DNA of 64,000 nt from Octopus bimaculoides (Eukaryota): positions 109,163,781 through 109,227,780 of the forward strand of contig NC_068983.1 of assembly GCF_001194135.2 (NCBI RefSeq), read 5' to 3'. Of the stretch, positions 13,206 to 26,050 are shown piece after piece (positions within the stretch are counted from its first letter, which is position 1; every line of letters begins with the position of its first letter). The notes below the pieces were generated by a model. It was not told where the DNA came from and did not search any database. It saw only the letters and a list, made by a program, of their open reading frames with translations. The translations under genes were made by a program, and so were the position numbers.

Positions 13206-14866
13206 CATATAACAATAATGATAATGATAACAACAACAACAACGATTTCTTTTATTTACCGCAAGGGCAACAATTGACAAAACTTCAAATGCCATATATT
13301 GAATGCCTAAACCTCCAGAAAAATAGCACACATAAATATACATACATGCATACAAAGATATATATATAAACAAGTATAGTTATATTTTTTCTCTGTATTG
13401 CAATAAATCAATATTAGTTTACAATTGTTTTGGTGCTTTTATGAAAACAAACCGACAAAAGCATTTCTAATGAAGTTAAAGAAATATATTTCTTTACCAC
13501 CATTTATACATATATGTAATATTCTTTTGTTTCTTTAACTCCATATTTTGCATTCTCTAATGTAAAAATCACAAAACTGAAACTCTTAAATTTGCTTTCT
13601 CAGTATGCGACAGTGTTTTATTGAAGCCAACTATCACAATTGAAAAAAATCCTTTTGCACTAATGAAATTACAATTTCTTGAATATTCTATTTTTAGTTA
13701 TTAAATTGCATGTTGTAGACAGTTATAATGCTGACTGTAAATTATGTATTTTCACTATTTCAAAATTTTCCATCATTTATAACAGTGAACTTTTACACCT
13801 CTGTAGCTGATTGCTTGATCAGATCAGTTTTGTGGTTCTGTTGCAAATGTTTAAGAAAGTGTGAAATTATTTAGAAGTTATATGATATAAAAGAAGGAAA
13901 AATTTAGAACAGGAAATATTTAAAAAATGAAAACAATATTTCATTTCAGAAATAACACCAATTTATTTCTCAACAAGTATCTGGGGATCTTTTGAGAAGA
14001 TGGTGTGGAAATAAATATGTGAAAAAACTCAAGAAAAAAGAATAAAACAAATAATAAAGATTGGACAATTCTTAACTCGTGTGATATATCAAAGAAATAT
14101 ATTTATAAATCTGATTTGAAAATAACATGAATCAGTTCCAATATAAATACTGTTCCAGTGTAAAAGTTTTTATCATGTCTAAAATCACAATAGGGTAGAA
14201 GAACTACACTATTTCTCTGTCATTATATCTCAAGATGTTTTACTGTCATCACTGCTATAGTTTCTAAGTCCAACTTTCCTTTATCATCTCTATTTTATTA
14301 TTTGCTGCTTTCTTGCTTACAACTGCATATTTCTCTTGTTCCCTCTAACCCACACATACTATCTGTCTGATTCATGCTTCAACATCTAACTAATGTCTTT
14401 TTACTAGCTAAATGTTTTCCATTAAACGGCTGGTAACTGAAAGGACTAACAGCTATAGATACAAAATGTGCCAAATAAATATCTTTCCAACTTATACCTT
14501 TATAGAAAAGCAGATGTTAAATTGAATAAAGTAACTAGCAGTGATATTTTTTTCTGCACACAAATAAAAACTTATGACACCATTAGTAACAGGGTTTTTT
14601 TATTTTTCATAACCATGAAAATTGGGATTTTTAGTGATTTAACAATAAGTAATGAAAGTTTTACAATTTAGACTCAGATTTGGCTAACCAAAGACTCACA
14701 AATACTTCTAAGAAGGCAGAAAGTAGAATTTAGTTATTTTGTTCATGGATGTATTTTTGTACATTTTCTTTACACAGTTATGTTGGTAAATGTTTCCAGA
14801 AAATCACCAGAAAAAAATCATATATATTTAATTCTTATCAATCAAATTTTTTGAATATACAAAATA

Positions 14867-15468
14867 CAAGGTGGTATCAAAAGGTTCCCAGTTTAGTTAT
14901 ATTTAATAAAAAATAACTTATTTACCTAAGTTTTAATATCATCTTCTTTGAAATAGTCATCATGTGCAGCAATATACCAGTCCCAGCGTTTCTACCACTT
15001 TTGAAATCCAATCTGGATGTCGTTTTCCAGAAGCAAATCAAGGATCTTGTGTGATTCATCCTGGATCTTGACAATGGTGTTAAAACGGCAACCTTTGAGC
15101 TGCATTTTTATTTTGGGGTAGAGGTGAAAGTCCACAGGTGCTAAATCCAGCAAATAGGGTGGGTGTGGAAGTAATACCATGTGGTTTTTGGTGAGAAACT
15201 CACAAGGGAGGAGAGCTCAGTAAAGAATCCAATTCTTTGTACTCCACAGATTTGGTCGCTCTTTGATCCTGACCATGACAAAATCACAGACTACAGCATA
15301 CACATGATCACAAAACCACAAATTTCACAACTTGTGAAGTTAGCACAGTGATGTCACTTGGCACACTGCTTCATGAAGATCACTGCTAGCTCTCACTGCA
15401 TATGTAGCTGTGTGTTGCCATCTGTTGGTGCACTATAGAACTAGTTCTGGAACTTTGATACCACCTAG
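14867..15468 (-). mobile_element. Internally deleted mariner element with TIRs and TA target duplication
   Basis: Left end TA|CAAGGTGGTATCAAAAGGTTCC; right end reverse-complemented TA|CTAGGTGGTATCAAAGTTCC. Transposase C-terminus LPHPPYLLDLAPVDFHLYPKIKMQLKG (ORF 14992-15180). Confidence 0.9.
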
Positions 15469-15768
15469 TAAACCAACAGTAATTGGTCTTACATCTTTTG
15501 TCATGCTAATAAGGGGCTATTAAAGGATAGCACTACTTTTCAGGATCAATAAATATGACCAACAACATAACATATATCCAACAATTGAATTTTACTTGTC
15601 CATGTAATCCTTATCTATTTGTTTCCTAAGAAATTTTATTCAAGAAACTGAGTATTTATATAAAGAAATAAATTTTATACATGACATATAAATTGATGAT
15701 TAAAATAATCTTTTCTTTCATTGTTTCATTTTAAAGTTTTATATATATATATATATATATAAATAAAT

Positions 15769-16250
<482 letters not shown>

Positions 16251-16275
16251 TGTATATATTAAAAGTAATTTAGTC

Positions 16276-16430
16276 TATATCTGGTCATAGAGTGAACAAT
16301 GGTTTCACATCCACAAAGGTTTTAGCCTTATGGATGTCACGTCAGACTCTAAGCTTTAGTTCAAAGTCTAACAAGATGTTCACAAGCCTTTGTGGATGTA
16401 AAACTATTGGTCACTCTATGACCGGACATA
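16276..16430. mobile_element. Fold-back MITE with inverted repeats of about 45 bp
   Basis: tatatctggtcatagagtgaacaatggtttcacatccacaaaggttt vs reverse complement of the right end tatgtccggtcatagagtgaccaatagttttacatccacaaaggctt; TA at both ends. Confidence 0.8.
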
Positions 16431-18189
16431 ATACATTATGGACTTTTAATACATTACTGTTCTATGCTTTAGAATGAGCTTCTTTTTCAGATATATGATA
16501 CATTAACTATATAATAATTATCACTTGCTCATTTTTTTTAATAAAGGATAGAAAATAGGAACAACTATTCTTTGATAATACATATTGACAACTGCAGGGA
16601 AATGAGATATAAATTCAAAATAAATTTGAAATGAGAACCCAAATCAATTGCTAGAGAAGACCTAAAACAGCTTTTACTTCATGTAAAAATAATAAAATTT
16701 TTCTAATTTTTCTATTCATGACAAATATGCAAGAATTTTTTTTACACATTTTCTTGAAATCCATGAAACTGATCAAATCAGTGATTTTACTGGATAGTAT
16801 CGAATGTTTTCTGCATTGCTCAAATATAGTTTCATAATTATATTTATTACCAAACTCAGAGTTGAATATAGTCAAGGGAATCTGCTGTGGAAAGTTAAAA
16901 GCTAAACAATGCATTTAGACTGGCACAAAATTGCTTCAGCCTCCATCACAATTTTATTTAATACTAGTAATGATTTTGAATGTTGATTTCATAACAATAG
17001 TCATTTCTAATATCATACTGTATTTAGCATTTTGAAAATACTGCTTTGCATGCATTTCACCCAAAGAGACTATGAAATATTTAAAATCTATAATTAGAAA
17101 AAGTCTATGATTAACGCCAACGGTTTTATTAGGAAAATAAAATGATACATACATACATACATCCATACATACATACATCCATACATACATACATACATAA
17201 GCCTGAATAAACAGTGATATGCAGTAAATGAAGAGAAAAATTTAGAAATTAACTCTAGATATCTAAGGTATTTAAACCAATTTAAATATTGCTTATTAAT
17301 TACACATCAAGTTTAAATTATCTAATAAATACTCAACACTTGTGACAGCAACTTTGCCCTGTTTGTTTGTTTTTTGTATATTATATTCAATAAATTATGC
17401 ATCAAACTCTGAAAAAATCAATAATGCTATATTTTGAAAATTAAAACTATTTGACTTTTGTTATTGTGTGAATTATGGTAATGATATTTAGAGAAACAAT
17501 ATATATATATATATATACTGTACTTTTGAATTTTGTCAAATGCTTTTAAAAACAGTAAAGTGTACATATATAAGATTTTTATTTCTAAATTATCTTTTGG
17601 ATGCAATATTATTATTATATATCAGTCTTGTTTTAGTTACGTTTCATCTTTAATAATAATTCTTAATGTCTTGCTTTATAAGTTTTGCATTTTTATTCAT
17701 ATGCATTTGTGCCAATACAAGCCACCACTTAAATTGTCTCCTGAATGCTTTATTTTATTTACAAAATCATTTCTTCAAACAAAACTTATTCACTAGGAAG
17801 GTAACAATATTTTGTAAAATAGATTTTGTAAAAGTTTAATTTATTTCTCTACTCTGACAAGAACCAATATTGAAAAATCCTCAACAAAACAATACATAGC
17901 AATTCTTAGTGTCTATCTTGGCTTCACAGAGTGGTATTTAAAAAGATTAGAATAATTGAATCACTAGCTTTTCTGGAGTCTGAGTCTATTTTTTATACAA
18001 ATTTTCTCAAACATGTTGTATCACATATGTGGGCCTTTTAATTCTTAAGTGAAGGCAATGATTTTTTCATTATTAGCTGATGATTCTAGAAGTGAACAGA
18101 TTTTTGCATTGAAATGTTGATGATTATGAAGACTCAAGTGGCAATAGATTTGTAAATATAATCAAAAATTTTACCATATTTTACTTTAC

Positions 18190-19665
18190 CCTTTAGAAAA
18201 TTGAAAGTGAAATAACATCCTGTTCACAAAATAAAATTGCTCCAATTTATCAGAAACATTAAAGTAACTTGCAACTGAGTGAGAATTAAGATTTGTGAAA
18301 ACTATTTTTATTCTATAACTTTCATAAAACAGATTTATGAAAAATTTGATATGATTGTATATTTGTTTTTATTTGTACATTAGAATTATATGAAATTTTA
18401 AAAATGCACTATCATAAATTGATGACACTGGCCATACACTATATTAATGTACATATAGAAAATGCATATTTGGGAGATATTAGATATTCTATCACATTGA
18501 TTACTTAAAAGTTTAGTATACTTACAAAGACTACATATTTTTTGGTTCCACTGTTTCATTCTTAGGATTTTTGTTATCATCCCAATTTTACATTCAACAT
18601 TATAATAAAAGACAGGATCTAATTTCTTCCACCCATTTAATTAATGCTTGAATTTCATTCAAATACTGATATTTTATATCGTGAGAAAATTATTAATGAG
18701 GTCCATAATTGTTGTCTTACATCACTTATACAAAATAAAATATATGTCTACATACTCAGCATATAATTTTCATAATTACTGAATCCTGAGAAAAGGTTTT
18801 GCATAATCAAGTCAAAAATTTGTATTAAAGTTTTGTCTGACAACTGCTAGTAAAGGAAATGAAAATATTTAAGTAACATTAGGAATGGCAATAATAAAAA
18901 AAGAAAACAAAAAGAAACATAGATATTTTAAGAACTTTGTGTTGTTCTTTTCTTAATTTAAGAAGTTTGAAATATTTTAAAGTGCTAATACACCAAAACG
19001 AAGTAGTAATAAATTTCTCTCGTATTTAATTATCAATAAAAACACTTTTTATAATATACTGTACAATGATTTCTGTTGGGAAAATGTAATGATTTCTATG
19101 CAACAGAGAGATTCTTGAAGTTCTTTTCACTGATTTGCACAATCTGAGTATCATGAATATTGCTTCACAGAGTTTAGTTACCTCAAAGGCTATGCTCACA
19201 TAGTTGTCATATAAATGTAAAGTTAACTGTAAAAACTGGTTTCTTAATGCTTTCTATTTAGATACCTCTAGTTTAATATTTGTGTATGAAATTTTATACT
19301 ATTCAAAAACTTATGCAGCAATGTATGTATCATATCACATCTTCCACACGAAAAACTTAAATTTTATTTATCACAGAGTATTAAAGCTATCAATAATGAG
19401 ATGAATAATCACTGTCTTGATTCAAAAGCTAAGAAATTTGAAATATTATTTATTCCATAGAAATGTGAGTTTATCTAAGGAATTTTTCTTAAAGGTAGTC
19501 TTTCAATGATATTCATTTTCTCAAGAGATGAACTTTTTTGAATTTCATACTAAACAATAAACCGACTTCTCAGCTAGGCTATCAATCACTCATGCATTAC
19601 CTGGAGAAACATTACAAAAAAAAGCAAGCTCTTCTTATTAGATCTTCCATCATTTCTAATGTTCA
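18190..19665 (-). CDS. Candidate chain of four small phase-compatible exons of an unidentified gene (19665-19601, 19226-19182, 18846-18756, 18274-18190)
   Basis: All introns GT-AG (374, 335, 481 nt). Joined frame is open: xNIRNDGRSNKKSLLFFVMFLQ/LTLHLYDNYVSIAFE/QLSDKTLIQIFDLIMQNLFSGFSNYENYML/IASYFNVSDKLEQFYFVNRMLFHFQFSK. No homolog recognised; T-rich DNA favours chance open frames. Confidence 0.3.
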
Positions 19666-20244
19666 CTATTTTAATTAAATTCTTTAACTTTTCAATAGTT
19701 TTTCAAATGCCAGATAATTCCAAATCCTGCACCTGATGGTGGTTGCATTATTGCTGGAGTTCATTTTCAAAGGAGTACAGCCAATGGTATACTGCTGATC
19801 AATGAAAGTATGTACATAGTTTAAAAAAGTAGTTCCATTTTAAAAACTATTTATGCTTCCATTTTTTTTCTATTGGAAATTAATACCTTTCACTTGAATC
19901 TTATAAATCCATTCATTCCCAATCTACTTCCAATAAATAATAATTATAGCAAAGGTGTATGGATATCATAATTCCAAAATAATTAAAGAGCTATTATGAA
20001 GTCAGACTTCAAGACACTTTAAGTCCATCTTTTTTCCTCTTTAGCACTATTTACAAAGCTGTGAATAATTTGACTTTTTTAAACTGAACAATATTGTAAT
20101 GTACTACATGTCAATTAGATAAATAATAGAAGTCAATTTTCATAAATATATCTTTTACATATTTAATACAATATCAATGTGTGTGTATGTGTGTATGTAT
20201 GCATATGTTTCTACAAACACACACACACACATCTATATATACTT

Positions 20245-20395
20245 TCGGAGTGGTTGGCGTTAGGAAGAGCATCCATCTGTAGAAACTCTGCCAAATCAGA
20301 ATGGAGCCTGGTGTAGCCATCTGGTTTCACCAGTCCTCAGTCAAATCGTCCAACCCATGCTAGCATGGAAAGTGGACGTTAAACGACGACGACAC
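20245..20395 (+). mobile_element. 3' end of RTE-family LINE (5'-truncated copy)
   Basis: Related to the 3' UTR at 7790-8000 but in the opposite orientation; ends aaacgacgacgac. Confidence 0.75.
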
Positions 20396-21049
20396 ACATA
20401 CATAAATATGTTTACTAGCTGGTGTACCTGGTAATTCCTGGGGGTAAAGCTGTTCTGTTGAAATGCTTTATTACTCTGATAGATGAAAGCAATTTCGTTA
20501 TAACTGCCACAAAAGGTGTATTTTCCATCATGAAAATGTACAAAAAAAACTGTCAGCTGGAGGAGGCAGATATTGTTGGAGGATGGCGGGAGAGGTTTTG
20601 CATGTTTTCAATGAATGTGACATTGAAAGATTTGGCTGTTATTTCTTGCATGCCCTGCTACACATAACAGCTATTTCTGGTCCTGTATTGTAAATAGCTG
20701 TTACATGGTAGCGGGGCATGCTAGAAATAGCAGCTAAATCTTTGGAAGTGAGATCTGTTGAATGCACTCAAAAAAAATTATGGAAAAAATTATTTCAAAC
20801 TGAAATATTTACCGTATTTTAAAAGTCATTTTCACTTTAAAACATTTTTTAAATATGCCAAATAAAATTTTTTTAATGGTATTCACTTGAAAATAATTTA
20901 AAAAAAACATTAAATTACTGTCTGAAAGCTAAAATATAAATACTTAGTGTACAAACAACTTACATTTTTAAAATCATATTCACTTAAAAATATTTCTAAA
21001 TGATTAAAATATTGTGTTTAACAAAAGAAAAAATAGAAACATTTACTTC

Positions 21050-21189
21050 ATTTACATTATTTACATTTGGTGGATATTTGTCCTCATCTTGTTTGTTGTT
21101 AACATGTTTTGGTGATATACCCTCCAGCCTTCATTAGGTGTCTTGTGGAAATTTTGAACCTGGGTTCTCATTTCAAAGGTATTTTTCAA

Positions 21190-21263
<74 letters not shown>

Positions 21264-22140
21264 TCACTGCCTGGAATCAAACTTGGAATCTTGGGGTTAG
21301 TAGTCTGTGCTCTTAATCACTACACCATATCCCCGTGGGCTCTTCAGAGCTTTCTAGATGTCAGCTACTTACATTAATTACTGCTTTCACAGTGACGGAC
21401 TTCAGTCATCATTCTCTGACCTTTGAGTTTCATAAACTTCTTAATCTGGCATGTCTTCACCATTTCACATTCTTTCATGTATGACTTTTCTAGATCTTGT
21501 TCAATTCTCTATCATCATCATCTGGCTATTTTCCTAAGTAATGAAGATAACCTCTGTTTTGTTTCATTATTTAGTTGATGTTTTTTTCAATGGTTGTAAA
21601 GGATCCTCTCATGGACAAAGGCATGTCCCGCCCTTTCCGCTACTCTTCTAGCTTTATATGAATCCACTAGTGTCATTATTTTCGAACCAGGTGGCATTAG
21701 CTCTGAGTCTTTACATCTACACAGGAAAGTTAGATGGTTTGAAAGATGAGCTAGTTTTTGATGGAGTTTCTCTATATGTTTCCATCGAAGTCTAATGTTG
21801 GCTCCGTACCGATTAGATAATACAGTTCTATATATAAGAGATGAAAAATTATGTACATTATTTACACGAGCATATGGCATAGTGGTTAAGAGCATGGGCT
21901 ACTAACCCCAAGATTCCGAGTTCTACTCCAGGCAGTGACCTGAATAGTAATAATAATAATAACGTTGAAAAATATCTTAGGAATGAGAACCCAGGTTCGA
22001 AATTTCCCCAAGAGACCTGATGAAGGCTGGAGGGTATATCAATCGAAACGTTGTGTTAACAACAAACAAGATGAGGACAAATATCCGTCAAATGTAAATA
22101 ATGTACATAATTCCTCATCTCTTAAATATAGAACAGAAGC
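21050..22140 (-). mobile_element. Penelope-like element: ORF N-terminus with direct 3' and inverted 5' terminal repeats
   Basis: ORF 21587-21895 (-) RYGANIRLRWKHIEKLHQKLAHLSNHLTFLCRCKDSELMPPG resembles a PLE ORF N-terminus. Segments about 21050-21340 (-) and 21864-22140 (+) are inverted copies, and the repeat end overlaps the ORF start (aatgtacataatt..catctctta.atatagaac). Confidence 0.8.
22012..22057 (+). ncRNA. Minimal type I hammerhead ribozyme motif
   Basis: GAGAC-CTGATGA-A-GGCTG(GAGGGTATAT)CAATC-GAAAC-GTT-GTGTT. Core CUGAUGA/GAAA intact, loop-less palindromic stem III, one mismatch each in stems I and II. Confidence 0.7.
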
Positions 22141-22399
22141 ATTTACTGTAAAAAAACAAACCACAATTTTTTTGTTGTCAAATCACTGTCTAATCGAAAG
22201 GTAAGAGTTACTTCCCCTTCAGGATTAAGTTAATTTCAGAGAATTTACCCACTATGCACCGTTTGCTGAGTAACATTGCAAGCAAGCAAAATTCAATCTG
22301 ACTTTTAATGTATTTTATATATATATATATATCTATATATATATGCATAATATGCTTCACCCTAAGGTGAACATACACAGGTTGTACATGTAAAGGTAT

Positions 22400-23430
22400 C
22401 AAGTTAGATGTGGTCTGATTAGTGTATGAGTGTGCATTGACTGAAAGAAGAAGCACAACAGAGTAATTGGTAAATAGCAAACAAGACTTGCTACATTATG
22501 CTGCTAATACAGAAGAATTTATCAAGATTGGAGTGAGAATGCTTGTGAATTCCGATTATGAATAGTAGAGATAAGAAACTCTACTCCACATGGAATTTTA
22601 TGGTCAGTTTCACCACGAAACTAACAACTTAAAAGATCAGATAGCATTATGGAAGTGGCTCAGCAAGGGTGACCTTAAAAAGAAAACTGAGAGCCTAACT
22701 TCAGGACAAGGCATTGTATATCAACTTAGTGAAAAGGGATATACATCACACAAGTGCAACAAACCTCTGCAGAATGTGTGGGAAGAAGGTCACATTGTTA
22801 GTGCTTGTGAAAGTCTTACACAGAAAGAATAAAAAGGCATACATAACAAGGTAGCTCAAACCTTTCACTGGCTACTATGCTGGAAGTATGGATTCAAGGT
22901 ATTTGGTGCTAGGTACCAACATACACTAGAAAAGGTAATGGATAAAAATGTGAAGGCAAAGATCCTTTAGGACTTTGACTTCCAAGCAGACAAGGTGTTA
23001 GAGTACTGAAGGTCAGAGATAGTAGCCTTTAGGAGAGACAAAGAAGAGTGCCTAATAACTAACATGACAGTGCCAGGAGATCAACATATTATCATGAAAG
23101 AAAGAGAAAAGGTCAACAAATATGGAGACATGAAAATTTGAGATCATCAAAGGCCATTCCTGTAGTCATCAGAGCATTGGATTCAATACCATCCAACCTG
23201 AAGGAACATCTGGACAATATTGGTGTGTTGCAAAAATTGGCTTCACTTGAAACTGCATGCATACTGCATAAAGTGCTGTCTGCATGAGATACTTGTTCTG
23301 ACTTGACAGACAGTGCAAACTTCAATATCTTCCATCTATAACATCACAATATTGGGTACTGTGCAATGTTTTCAATAATAAAAATAATAATAATAATAAT
23401 AATAATAACGATGATGATGATAATAATAAT
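22400..23430 (+). mobile_element. R4/Dong-clade (restriction-like endonuclease) non-LTR retrotransposon 3' part, decayed
   Basis: YGQFHHE...DQIALWKWLSKGDLKKKTESL, a CCHC knuckle remnant (HIVSACESLTQKE*K.IHNKVAQ.FHW.LC.KYG), KIL*DFDFQADK, VPGD..KEREK..KYGD and IPVVIRAL; (AAT)n tail at about 23375-23430. Confidence 0.85.
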
Positions 23431-23489
23431 AGACATGTTTTGTCTTGGTATAAAAGATGGGCACAGATTTGCTTGCCAGTTGTTTGACC

Positions 23490-23850
23490 TTAATCTCTGA
23501 TCACAAGTAGTAGTAGTTGGGAAGCATCATAGCCATATGTTGAGAGGAATTCTTTGGAGCTTGAATAATTCATCTCTGGGAACATGGGTATTTCATTTAA
23601 CATACTTAAACAACCCTTGTTCAGGGACCTTTTAAGCGGGATGGGCTACTTAACCTGAAGAAAATTCTAACTGGGCTCCACCTGCACTGTTTATCTTGAT
23701 ATGAAATCACCATGTTGTGCACATATGGCTATGATGCATGTGCCTGGTGTACCTTTATCAGATGGGTAGTCATGATGGGTATACTGGGCTTTGTACATTT
23801 TACCCCAGTGTCATTTTGATGGCATGCATTGCTGTCTCAGTCAATAATGA
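23490..23850 (+). repeat. Unclassified interspersed repeat ending in an (AAT)n-like tail (probable LINE 3' end)
   Basis: GC-richer block ending in ctcagtcaataatgataatgataat; family not assigned. Confidence 0.35.
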
Positions 23851-24413
23851 TAATGATAATATATTTTTTATTTGCCTCCAGGTATCAGATAAAGGAAACA
23901 TTACATGAATAGTTAACAACTAGGTGGTGGTGATGTAAAAAGATTAAAGGAAGAAATGGAGAAAAGTGGGAGATTAGATAAAAGTATACATAGTATACAG
24001 AATAAACGAGCACATAGATGATGTAGTCAACTAGGGCCATTCAAGGAAACATACAAATCTGGGATCACTCTGACCATCAAAAGTACATGCCCTGGCTTAG
24101 CTGTTCTTCTCCAATCTACAAATGTGCATGTTTAAAATAGTTCCATTCACCCTTATTTTTGGCAGTCACATTCACACTTCCCTCCTCACAATCATTTTCC
24201 TTTACAAGTAGACCTCGAAAAAGTTATTGAGGTTTTGACCAAAGAGGAATAATGGTGAATGGAACTTCAATCCTTTCAGCCTCATCCATTACACTGCCTC
24301 TTTTGCCATGGTCACTCACAGAAGAACCCTGCCAGCCTGCGTTGTTAAAGGTGGGTTGTGAAGGCGATGATCCTCATGATGAACTTGGTCAATAATTGGA
24401 TTCATCCTTTAAA

Positions 24414-24830
24414 TGACATAAGCTTCTGGAAATAACTTGCTTCCAAGCCATATGGTTCCAGGTTCAGGCCCACTGGGTGGCCCCTTGGGCAAGTGTTGTC
24501 TTCTATTATAGCCTTGACTGAACAAAGCCTTATGAGTGGATTTGGTAAACGGAAACTGAAAGAAGCCTGTTTTGTATATGTGTGTGTGTGTGGGGGGGGG
24601 TATGTGTCTATGTGTGTGTCTTTGTGTCTGTGTTTGTCACCCATACTGCTTGACAAAGAGTGTTACTGTGTTTAAATCCCTGTAACCTAACAGTTTTGCA
24701 TAAGAAATTGATGAAATAAGTACTAGGCTTAAAAAAAAATTCCTGGGTCAAGTTGTTTGACTAAAACCCTTCAAAGTGGTGTTCCAGTATGGCTGCAGTA
24801 AACTGACTGAAGCAAATAAAAGAATAACTC
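24414..24830 (+). mobile_element. CORE-like SINE (family 1), decayed full-length copy
   Basis: Both modules and the central (TG)n align with 15769-16250. Confidence 0.85.
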
Positions 24831-24849
24831 CACAAATCAGCAACGCTTG

Positions 24850-26050
24850 GACACTGTACTGCACAGTGCTTTTCAGATAGCCTTGCTTGGTGGAACTTCC
24901 ATACTAGGTCTCTCTGTATAGCAAAATTTGAACTTGTACTGCATGCTTTGTCTGACTAGTAGAGGATGGTGAGTGTATGATTACATTCTAGTTGCTAGGT
25001 AGCCCAATTTGGCTTTTTCTTGATGCAAGACTGCAGCTACATCAAAGATGCTGAAAAATGTGTCTTACAAATGGAAGGCACACATACTCACTGTCCAAGA
25101 AAATCTGCAGGTAGTGCAGCCTCAGCATATGTCTGTGCACCAGTAGCTTCACCATATCCACCATACAGAGTATGGTGGAAACAGATGGTCAAGCTGACCA
25201 TCTGCAGGATGTGTAATACAAAAAGCAAACATTTCAATCTAGCCAAATGGGAATGGGGGCAAGGTACAACTGTCAATCTGTAAGTTATGACATAGTTGAT
25301 GCAGACATTTCCCATCTCTGCTCAACTTCTCTTAGTGAGGCTGGCCTCGTTATCTTATTACATTTCTTGCCAAACAAGATCCTGAACATTTTAACCTGTC
25401 CAACTGTCCAGCGACCTATGACACAACTGAACAGTACAGATTTACCTCTCCAGATGCTGAACCACAGCCAATCAACTTTACTGCATTTATCTTAACTTCT
25501 GCTACCACCTCATATTCCTTTAGAACTGAGGATGTCAACTCCCTTGGCATACAATTCCATTAAAATGATGTCATCTGCAAATGTCAACACAGCTTTCCCA
25601 TACTCTAGCTTAAAATGAATGCCCTTAAAATGTTCTTGCATCTACAGTAATGGTTTGAAAGCTACTACATATAGAAGAGATGAAAGCTAATACTTCTGAT
25701 GAGCCAAGCATGCAAAATTAACTGTTTCTGATCTGAGAGTTGACCATTTACTTTGACTATCAAGCTAGTGCTACTGTGCATTGTTGCAACTCAGTCTCTA
25801 AAAACAGGTCTGAAACAATTTGCTTTTAAGATGGCAGTCAAGTAGCATGGGCAGGTCCTATTGAAAGCTTTGAACTGACACAAATTGATCTCCACCAATG
25901 CTAGATTTGTTGTTCCCTCCCTCCCTCTGTAATGTATCACATGAGGTGGAGGTTACTGAAAATGTATTTGTTGAGGATCCCACATGTTTGGGCTTTTTTG
26001 ACCAAGCAACTAACAATATGCACTAAACTCTTCCCAAACATCTTGGTCAA
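24850..26050 (-). mobile_element. Highly decayed LINE RT region
   Basis: Minus frame contains YGKAVLTFADDIILM (FADD RT motif) near 25570-25600, followed by RT C-terminal-like sequence; many stops. Confidence 0.55.

Noticed and set aside
19699-19807. Plus-strand exon candidate FFKCQIIPNPAPDGGCIIAGVHFQRSTANGILLINE|gtatgt
   Set aside because: Open and complex, but no homolog recognised, no convincing partner exons, and it conflicts with the adjacent minus-strand chain. Unresolved rather than excluded.
21864-21940. tRNA-like sequence (also heads of all SINE copies)
   Set aside because: No full cloverleaf or acceptor stem; these are repeat heads, not tRNA genes.
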